Below the pieces are notes generated by a model. It ran no database searches. It worked only from the letters and a program-made list of their open reading frames with translations, and was not told the origin of the DNA. The translations under genes and the position numbers were made by a program. Below, in pieces: positions 1 through 5,637 of a stretch of DNA of 6,636 bases; within the stretch, counting starts at the first letter, position 1; each line of letters begins with the position of its first letter. The stretch is from a virus. Its lineage: Duplodnaviria; Heunggongvirae; Uroviricota; Caudoviricetes. Location of the stretch: IMG/VR virus record IMGVR_UViG_2711768007_000001; one strand, 5' to 3'.

Positions 1-450
1 TCTCACGCGCCAGTTTCAGGGCAAAACTCAGCTCACCGTCGAACACTTTCCCGCAGAAACAGGCTCTGCAGGCCCGGCGTCCTCTGCCTGTTCAGGAGCA
101 TCATTCACCACAAACTCATACATACCGGACAGCCGGTACACCACGTTTTCAGCATGAGAAATTGCCTCTGTGGGCCAGGTGGTAAGCACTTCCTGCTCAA
201 TCTGTTTAACGGCTTCATTCATGGACGGCATCTGCGTCTTCTTCGGATGGTTATGCCACAGGGACATCGCAACCACAAAAGCGCCGGTTCTGATGGCGTC
301 TTCCACAGTAAACTTCCGGTTGCTGTCTGACTCCGCCTGTTCTGCCTGCCGTTTCATCAGGTCGAGATGCTCAATACGCTGCAGGGCTGACAGTTCAGAA
401 AGCGTGACGGTCACACCGTTATGTTCAAATGATTCGGTTTTCAGGAACAT
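1..450 (-). CDS. T: Tail assembly chaperone G-T fusion made by programmed -1 ribosomal frameshift; T part truncated by window edge
   Basis: Slippery heptamer G GGA AAG on the minus strand (plus-strand CTTTCCC at 46..52) lies near the 3' end of G. After a -1 slip the frame stays open to position 1 (..VFDGELSFALKLARE..), consistent with the start of the lambda T segment. Confidence 0.65.
28..450 (-). CDS. G: Tail assembly chaperone G (lambda gpG-like)
   Basis: 140-aa ORF MFLKTESFEHNGVTVTLSELSALQRIEHLDLMKRQAEQ...PVSAGKCSTVS matching lambda gpG. ATG at 450-448 with a GGAGAG SD in the 15-nt spacer after V. Stop TGA at 28-30. Confidence 0.9.
   Translation of the reverse strand: MFLKTESFEHNGVTVTLSELSALQRIEHLDLMKRQAEQAESDSNRKFTVEDAIRTGAFVVAMSLWHNHPKKTQMPSMNEAVKQIEQEVLTTWPTEAISHAENVVYRLSGMYEFVVNDAPEQAEDAGPAEPVSAGKCSTVS
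46..52 (-). other. Programmed -1 frameshift slippery heptamer G_GGA_AAG for G/G-T
   Basis: Exact XXXYYYZ-type heptamer GGGAAAG read directly from the minus strand, in the G zero frame as GCG-GGA-AAG-TGT, eight codons before the G stop. Confidence 0.7.
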
Positions 451-465
451 CGCTGACTCTCCGGA

Positions 466-1206
466 TTAACTGGCGGTGACGTTGATTTCTGCAACCGCAG
501 CAAACTCACCATTACCAGATACGACCGGAATGTTGACCTTGCCTGCAGCAACACCTTTCACGGTGATGGTCATACCACTGACCGACACGGTGGCTTTTGT
601 TTTATCCGCAGACACCGCACGGAAGCTCTTGTCGGTTGCGCCATCCGGCTGGAATGCCACGGTCAGCGTGGTGCTCTGCCCTTTCACTACGGAAGCACTG
701 GCGGGTGTCACCGTCATGCCGGTCGTCGCCGTCACCGTGCTGCGATCTTCTGCCATCGACGGACGTCCCACATTGGTGACCTTCACCGTGCGGGTAATCA
801 CCTCCTTCGCCGTCACCGCCTTACCGATACTGCTGACCCAGCCACGGAACACATCGACCGTGCCGTTCGGGAAGCGGATTTTATAGGCACGGGTATCACC
901 TTCATTAAACCACGCCAGCAGCGCCTGCTGCCCCTGCTCTCCGGGCATCCACGCCAGCGTGAAGCTGGTATCTCCGGCAGATTTCTGCCCCTGCCCGGTC
1001 GCAGTCCAGTCTGCATCTTCATCATCGAGATAGCTGTCGTCATAGGACTCAGCGGTCAGTTCGCCGGGCGTCAGGTCTTTAACTTTTGCCAGACGCGACC
1101 AGTCAACGTCTGAAAGCGGGTTCGCATAAGGGTCACCGCTCCCCTTATAAACCCACAGGGTGGTCCCGGCACCTTTCACCGGCATTGTAGGATTTGGTAC
1201 AGGCAT
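466..1206 (-). CDS. V: Major tail tube protein V (lambda gpV-like) with C-terminal Ig-like domain
   Basis: ATG at 1206-1204 sits immediately beside the N-run. 246-aa [45 protein letters not shown]...[11 protein letters not shown] matching lambda gpV. Stop TAA at 466-468. The ORF-track extension upstream through the N-run is an artefact. Confidence 0.9.
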   Translation of the reverse strand: MPVPNPTMPVKGAGTTLWVYKGSGDPYANPLSDVDWSRLAKVKDLTPGELTAESYDDSYLDDEDADWTATGQGQKSAGDTSFTLAWMPGEQGQQALLAWFNEGDTRAYKIRFPNGTVDVFRGWVSSIGKAVTAKEVITRTVKVTNVGRPSMAEDRSTVTATTGMTVTPASASVVKGQSTTLTVAFQPDGATDKSFRAVSADKTKATVSVSGMTITVKGVAAGKVNIPVVSGNGEFAAVAEINVTAS

Positions 1207-1517
1207 ANNNNNNNNNNNNNNNNNNNNNNNNNNNNNNNNNNNNNNNNNNNNNNNNNNNNNNNNNNNNNNNNNNNNNNNNNNNNNNNNNNNNNNNNNNNNN
1301 NNNNNNNNNNNNNNNNNNNNNNNNNNNNNNNNNNNNNNNNNNNNNNNNNNNNNNNNNNNNNNNNNNNNNNNNNNNNNNNNNNNNNNNNNNNNNNNNNNNN
1401 NNNNNNNNNNNNNNNNNNNNNNNNNNNNNNNNNNNNNNNNNNNNNNNNNNNNNNNNNNNNNNNNNNNNNNNNNNNNNNNNNNNNNNNNNNNNNNNNNNNN
1501 NNNNNNNNNNNNNNNNN

Positions 1518-1678
1518 TCCAGCTCTTCGCCCGTGTATTCAGCGCCGGTGAGATAAACGGCAATTGCCGGAAAATCTTCCTCATCAAAAACAGCGGGGCG
1601 ACCATCAAAAAGCGTCGCCCCGGTGTCATGCTTCTCCAGTGCATCCAGTACGGCTGCACGGAGTTCAGTATGTTTCAT
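1518..1678 (-). CDS. U: Tail terminator protein U (lambda gpU-like); only the 5' portion is visible, the 3' end lies inside N-run 1208..1517
   Basis: ATG at 1678-1676 overlapping the Z stop. The visible 53 aa MKHTELRAAVLDALEKHDTGATLFDGRPAVFDEEDFPAIAVYLTGAEYTGEEL match the lambda gpU N-terminus. If the protein is 131 aa as in lambda, the stop would map near 1283, but this cannot be seen. The ORF-track end at 1145 is an artefact of translating N as X. Confidence 0.8.
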
Positions 1679-2253
1679 CGCTTTATTACCATTCTCAGTT
1701 GATGCTGCAGCGCATAGCCCAGCTCTTTCGGAAGACGTTCACGCCGTATCCGTTCAATATTCTGTTTAAACGCCGTGGTCAGCGGCACCGCCATCGGGAT
1801 TTTCACCACATCAATGGGGTAACGGTTTTTCCCGGCCACACGCTGCATAACATGCCACCGGCCGTTTTTCAGTTGCTGAATAAACGCGCCGGGAATACGA
1901 CGGTTACCCACCACAAGCACGCTGCCGCCACCTTTCAGGGATGAACGCTGCCCCTTTTTATGACGCCTGCGGCGGGACAGGACAACCCGCGCATTACCCA
2001 GCTTGATTACGGGCAAATCCCCCCGGTTAACTTTGATTCTGGCCTGCGGATTTTTGACCGTGGCCCTTTTCAGCCTGGCCCTTTCCTTTACCAGTTTCCG
2101 GCGTACCTTTGTCTCACGGGCAACCTGTGACGCAGACTGCGATATCGCGGATGAAGCAACGCGGTTAATGGCCATTGCGGCGGCACCGGGCACCGCCGTT
2201 TTGCTGATACGGCTGAGGTTTTCAACGGCCTGCTCAAGACCTTTTATGGCCAT
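1675..2253 (-). CDS. Z: Tail completion protein Z (lambda gpZ-like)
   Basis: 192-aa ORF MAIKGLEQAVENLSRISKTAVPGAAAMAINRVASSAISQ...ALQHQLRMVIKR matching lambda gpZ. ATG at 2253-2251 with a GGGGGA SD upstream. Its stop overlaps the U start codon (ATGA). Confidence 0.92.
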   Translation of the reverse strand: MAIKGLEQAVENLSRISKTAVPGAAAMAINRVASSAISQSASQVARETKVRRKLVKERARLKRATVKNPQARIKVNRGDLPVIKLGNARVVLSRRRRHKKGQRSSLKGGGSVLVVGNRRIPGAFIQQLKNGRWHVMQRVAGKNRYPIDVVKIPMAVPLTTAFKQNIERIRRERLPKELGYALQHQLRMVIKR

Positions 2254-2264
2254 ACATCCCCCTT

Positions 2265-2618
2265 TCAGCGGCGACGGTTAACGGCAGGCGGTACGCCCCG
2301 TCCAAGCCAGAGATGACAACTTCCGCCATCATCCGGCGAAACCCGATCTACCCAGAAATTTTCCTCACCGATGGTCAGCGTGTCTCCACGCCGCAGCTGC
2401 CGCACCTCATCAGTCCGGACAAACAGGGACGGGCTGGAGCCTTCAACGCGCACGCCCTGTCCGGCATAGCTGATATTTTCAGGGTCATCAAAAACACCAC
2501 GTATCACCGCACCTGACTGCTCACCGGATGTCATGGTGGCTGACGTTCCCATGTACCCGCGTATCGTTTCATCGGCGCGGGCAATGGCAGCATCGAACAG
2601 GTTATCGAAATCAGCCAC
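2265..2618 (-). CDS. FII: Head-tail connector / head completion protein FII (lambda gpFII-like)
   Basis: 117-aa ORF MADFDNLFDAAIARADETIRGYMGTSATMTSGEQSGAV...GRGVPPAVNRRR matching lambda gpFII. The start codon read from the sequence is GTG (2618-2616), preceded by a GGGAGG SD. Stop TGA at 2265-2267. Confidence 0.9.
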   Translation of the reverse strand: MADFDNLFDAAIARADETIRGYMGTSATMTSGEQSGAVIRGVFDDPENISYAGQGVRVEGSSPSLFVRTDEVRQLRRGDTLTIGEENFWVDRVSPDDGGSCHLWLGRGVPPAVNRRR

Positions 2619-2629
2619 AGCGCCTCCCG

Positions 2630-3028
2630 TTATTGCATTCTGGCCAGGCCGCGCTCTGTCATTTCGGCTGCCACACCGGCAGAGACACGAAACGCCGTTC
2701 CCGGCAGCACAAATGCCACAGGTTTATCCCGCGTGGCGTGAAGTGCATCAGTATGCAGCGTCACCAGTGCCACGACCGTGACCAGTTCAGCCGTATCCTG
2801 AATCACGGTATCCGGCTGCGCTGATACCACCTCATTTTCATGCCCGGTCAGCACATTTTCCCGGCTGAGAGGGGTGTCCTGACCGGCAGTTTCATCCGTG
2901 TCATCAAGCTCTTCTTCCAGCTCTGCCACACGAAGCGCCAGTTCTTCTTTCGTTCCCGTCAAACTGACATCGCGGTTCAATTGCTCACCCAGCTCCTGAA
3001 GACGGGCAATCAGTTCATCTTTCGTCAT
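2630..3028 (-). CDS. FI: Head completion / DNA packaging accessory protein FI (lambda gpFI-like)
   Basis: 132-aa ORF MTKDELIARLQELGEQLNRDVSLTGTKEELALRVAELEEELDDTDETAGQDTP...ERGLARMQ matching lambda gpFI. Start ATG at 3028-3026 preceded by GGAGGAG SD. The ORF-track start 13 codons upstream is rejected because it overlaps the E-FI hairpin and has no SD. Confidence 0.9.
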   Translation of the reverse strand: MTKDELIARLQELGEQLNRDVSLTGTKEELALRVAELEEELDDTDETAGQDTPLSRENVLTGHENEVVSAQPDTVIQDTAELVTVVALVTLHTDALHATRDKPVAFVLPGTAFRVSAGVAAEMTERGLARMQ

Positions 3029-3049
3029 GAACTCCTCCACAGAGAGAAA

Positions 3050-3067
3050 ATGGCCCCGAAGGGCCAT
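3050..3067 (-). other. Intergenic RNA hairpin between E and FI (7-bp stem, UUCG tetraloop on the transcript)
   Basis: Minus-strand sequence ATGGCCC-TTCG-GGGCCAT followed by TTTTCTCTCTG, then the FI SD GGAGGAG and ATG. Perfect 7-bp inverted repeat read from the sequence. Confidence 0.4.
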
Positions 3068-3069
3068 GA

Positions 3070-4095
3070 TTACGCCAGTTGAACGGACACGAACTCATCA
3101 GGATCAGCCAGCAGCATCAGCGGTGCTGACTGAATCATGGTGAACTCACGCGCCGGATCGCCGGTGGTCACCCAGTTTTTCGGGTAACGGGCAGAAGCGT
3201 TAATGCCTTCGCGCTGTGCGTCCGCATCCTGAATGCAGCCATAGGTGCGCAGACCGCGAGCCTGAGTGTTCCCCAGCACCATCGTGTTGTCCGGCAGGAA
3301 GTTCTTTTTGACGCCGTTTTCCACGTACTGTCCGGAATACACGACGATGGCCACATCGCCATACATTCCCTTATAGGACACCGCTTTGCCCAGGTCTTTT
3401 ACCGCTGTCTCCAGCTCGGAATGAGAGCCGCGACGGGTATCCAGCTTCTCCTTGACGGCTTTGAAGGAACGGAACAGCGCCCAGCCTTTCGGGTCAAACA
3501 CGATGATATTCACCACACCGCTGGCGTTCAGCGCGTAGGCTTCGATATCGTCGGTCGGGTCATACGTGGACTTGTCACGCTTGCTCCACTCCGTGACGCC
3601 GGACTGTGTGATGTTGTTCGCCGCACTGCGGCCCATATCCACCTCAACCGGATCGAAGGCTTCACCGGTCATGGTGTATTTGCCCTTGAGCACGGCAGAA
3701 ACTGCCTGCATCTCTTCGACCTGAGCAATGGCCAGCTCTTCGTCACGCATGTTCTGCATGATGATGCGACGGCGGCGGTAAGCCGGGTCCGCCAGATTCT
3801 GCGGATCTTCATCCGGCAGGCGACGCAGGGTCATCTGCGGATTCACCTCATGCTTGGGTTTGACATATCCCGGCGTAAATTCAGAGGTGGAGCCGCCACG
3901 GGAACGGATAACCTCACCGGAAACAATCGGCGAAACGTACAGCGCCATGTTTACCAGTCCCGGAATTTGTGAGAGATAGACTTTCTCCGTGGTGAAGGGA
4001 TAGCTCTCACGGAAAAAGAGACGCAGAAACAGCGGATCAAACTTAAATTTCTGCTCATTTGCCGCCAGCAGCTGGGCGGTTGTGTACATCGACAT
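3070..4095 (-). CDS. E: Major capsid protein (lambda gpE-like, HK97 fold)
   Basis: 341-aa ORF MSMYTTAQLLAANEQKFKFDPLFLRLFFRESYPFTTEKVYLSQIPGLVNMALYVSPIVSGEV...DEFVSVQLA matching lambda gpE. True start ATG at 4095-4093; the ORF-track N-terminal extension runs into the intergenic region and is rejected. Stop TAA at 3070-3072. Confidence 0.95.
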   Translation of the reverse strand: MSMYTTAQLLAANEQKFKFDPLFLRLFFRESYPFTTEKVYLSQIPGLVNMALYVSPIVSGEVIRSRGGSTSEFTPGYVKPKHEVNPQMTLRRLPDEDPQNLADPAYRRRRIIMQNMRDEELAIAQVEEMQAVSAVLKGKYTMTGEAFDPVEVDMGRSAANNITQSGVTEWSKRDKSTYDPTDDIEAYALNASGVVNIIVFDPKGWALFRSFKAVKEKLDTRRGSHSELETAVKDLGKAVSYKGMYGDVAIVVYSGQYVENGVKKNFLPDNTMVLGNTQARGLRTYGCIQDADAQREGINASARYPKNWVTTGDPAREFTMIQSAPLMLLADPDEFVSVQLA

Positions 4096-4150
4096 AAAAA
4101 AATCCCGTAAAAAAAGCCACACAGGCGGCCTTTAGTGATGAAGGGTAAAG

Positions 4151-4483
4151 TTAAACGATGCTGATTGCCGTTCCGGCAAACACGGTCCGTTTTTTCGTCT
4201 CGTCGCTGGCAGCCTCCGGCCAGAGCACATCCTCATAACGGAACGTGCCGGACTTGTAGAACGTCAGTGTGGTGCTGGTCTGGTCAGCAGCAACCGCAAG
4301 AATGCCAACGGCAGCACCGTCGGTGGTGCCATCCCACGCAACCAGCTTACGGGTGGAGGTGTCCAGCATCAGCGGGGTCATTGCAGGCGCTTTCGCACTC
4401 AATCCGCCGGGCGCGGTTGCGGTATGAGCCGGGTCACTATTGCCCAGCGGCTGGTAATGGGTAAAGGTTTCTTTGCTCGTCAT
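4151..4483 (-). CDS. D: Head decoration protein (lambda gpD-like)
   Basis: 110-aa [30 protein letters not shown]...FAGTAISIV matching lambda gpD. Start ATG at 4483-4481 (the ORF-track start two codons upstream is rejected), stop TAA at 4151-4153. 9-nt spacer from the C stop, as in lambda. Confidence 0.93.
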   Translation of the reverse strand: MTSKETFTHYQPLGNSDPAHTATAPGGLSAKAPAMTPLMLDTSTRKLVAWDGTTDGAAVGILAVAADQTSTTLTFYKSGTFRYEDVLWPEAASDETKKRTVFAGTAISIV

Positions 4484-4492
4484 AAACATCCC

Positions 4493-4888
4493 TTACACTG
4501 GTGTGTTCAGCAAATCGTTAACGGCATCAGATGCCGGGTTACCTGCAGCCAGCGGTGCCGGTGCCCCCTGCATCAGACGATCCAGCGCAGTGTCACTGCG
4601 CGTCTGTGCACTCTGTGGTGCTGCGGCCAGAATACGGCGGGCCGTTTCCACGGTCATACCGGGGGTTTCGGCCAGCACGCGTGCCTGTTCTTCGCGTCCG
4701 TGAGCCTCCTCACAGTTGAGGATCCCCATAATGCGACTGTTTTCTGCCGCAACCGCTGCGGTGATCTGCGCGTTCACGTCCGGCTGCGCCGCGCTGGCGT
4801 TCTCGCCCTCCGTCGCTTGCACCACGCCAGTAACGTCAGCCTGCGAAGCAGTGGCTGAAACAGTTGTTGATTGAGTCTCTTTGGTCAT
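4493..4888 (-). CDS. Nu3: Capsid scaffolding protein Nu3, nested in-frame in the 3' part of C (internal start)
   Basis: Internal ATG at 4888-4886 (MTKETQSTTVSATASQ...), in frame with C and sharing its stop. It is preceded on the minus strand by a strong Shine-Dalgarno sequence (TCAGGAGGGCGA then ATG). 131 aa, Ala/Gln-rich and low-complexity, as expected for a disordered scaffold. An alternative in-frame ATG at 5098 (MDATRRMF...) has no visible SD. Confidence 0.6.
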   Translation of the reverse strand: MTKETQSTTVSATASQADVTGVVQATEGENASAAQPDVNAQITAAVAAENSRIMGILNCEEAHGREEQARVLAETPGMTVETARRILAAAPQSAQTRSDTALDRLMQGAPAPLAAGNPASDAVNDLLNTPV

Positions 4889-5637
4889 TCGCCCTCCTGA
4901 GAGACGGGATTTACGTGCATCCAGTGCATCACGCATGACGGTGATCGCATCGGTACTGTTAACAAGTTCATCAGCCAGTCCGGCATCAATGGCCTCCTGA
5001 CCGCTGTACACTGCAGCCTCGGTATCCAGCACAGCCTGCACGGACAGGCCGGTATATGCCGACACCTTCTGTGCAAACATCCGGCGGGTTGCATCCATCC
5101 GGGACTGCAATGTTTCCCGGACATCATCCGGTAGATGGCTGTAGGGGTTGCCATCCACCTTATGGCTGCCGCTGTAAATCAGCGTGATTTCCACGCCCTG
5201 TTTCTCCAGTGCAGCGCCGTAATTACTGTGAGCCATCATGACGCCGATGGAGCCTGTCCGGGCGGTCTGCGTGACCAGACGCCGGGAGGCGGCACTGGNN
5301 NNNNNNNNNNNNNNNNNNNNNNNNNNNNNNNNNNNNNNNNNNNNNNNNNNNNNNNNNNNNNNNNNNNNNNNNNNNNNNNNNNNNNNNNNNNNNNNNNNNN
5401 NNNNNNNNNNNNNNNNNNNNNNNNNNNNNNNNNNNNNNNNNNNNNNNNNNNNNNNNNNNNNNNNNNNNNNNNNNNNNNNNNNNNNNNNNNNNNNNNNNNN
5501 NNNNNNNNNNNNNNNNNNNNNNNAAGCTGGCCTGCAAGCGCACAAAAGAAAACCCGCGCATAGGCGGGTTCAAGCATCAGCGGCTCATTAAAAGCCATGC
5601 TGGCAATATGCGGGAGATTACGCAGCTCTGCTGTCAC
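4493..5637 (-). CDS. C: Prohead protease / minor capsid protein (lambda gpC-like, S49/ClpP-type serine protease), interrupted by N-run 5299..5523
   Basis: N-terminal 38 aa (VTAELRNLPHIASMAFNEPLMLEPAYARVFFCALAGQL, GTG start at 5637-5635) are visible upstream of the N-run. C-terminal 267 aa (SAASRRLVTQTARTGSIGVMM...NDLLNTPV) are visible downstream, with stop at 4493-4495. Both match lambda gpC as I recall it. The start overlaps the end of B by 20 nt, as in lambda. The two visible parts are in different frames across the N-run. Confidence 0.8.

Noticed and set aside
170-469. Plus-strand ORF (99 aa) antisense to G
   Set aside because: Lies entirely inside the well-supported minus-strand G gene, with no RBS and a Cys/Ser-rich low-complexity translation typical of a shadow ORF in GC-rich DNA.
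476-886. Plus-strand ORFs (136 aa at 476..886 and 60 aa at 597..779) antisense to V
   Set aside because: Antisense to the major tail protein gene V, with no independent coding signal. Shadow ORFs.
813-1043. Minus-strand 76-aa ORF in an alternate frame within V
   Set aside because: Out of frame with V and fully inside it. Arg-rich shadow ORF.
1145-1702. ORF-track entries spanning the first N-run (1145..1678 minus, 1160..1702 plus, 1194..1556 plus, and the upstream extension of 466..1659)
   Set aside because: Their length comes from translating N as X with no stops. The real genes here are V (starting at 1206) and U (starting at 1678).
1564-1944. Plus-strand 126-aa ORF antisense to U/Z, and 2003..2281 plus antisense to Z
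   Set aside because: Antisense to Z and U, His/Arg-rich translation with no recognisable domain. Shadow ORFs.
2313-3082. Plus-strand ORFs 2313..2516, 2528..2824, 2533..2781 and 2840..3082, antisense to FII and FI
   Set aside because: All lie inside the minus-strand FII and FI genes. No RBS and no plausible product.
3168-3972. Alternate-frame ORFs inside E (3168..3362 minus, 3421..3972 plus)
   Set aside because: Nested in or antisense to the major capsid gene, which is supported by full-length identity to lambda gpE.
4096-4122. N-terminal extensions in the ORF track for E (start at 4122), D (start at 4489) and FI (start at 3067)
   Set aside because: The extensions run into intergenic hairpins or lack an SD. 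The downstream ATGs give proteins of exactly the expected lambda lengths (341, 110 and 132 aa) and have appropriately placed purine-rich RBS.
4165-4858. Plus-strand ORFs 4165..4464, 4424..4858, 4473..4703 and 4531..4719, antisense to D and C/Nu3
   Set aside because: Antisense to confidently assigned genes. Cys/Arg-rich translations typical of GC-rich antisense frames.
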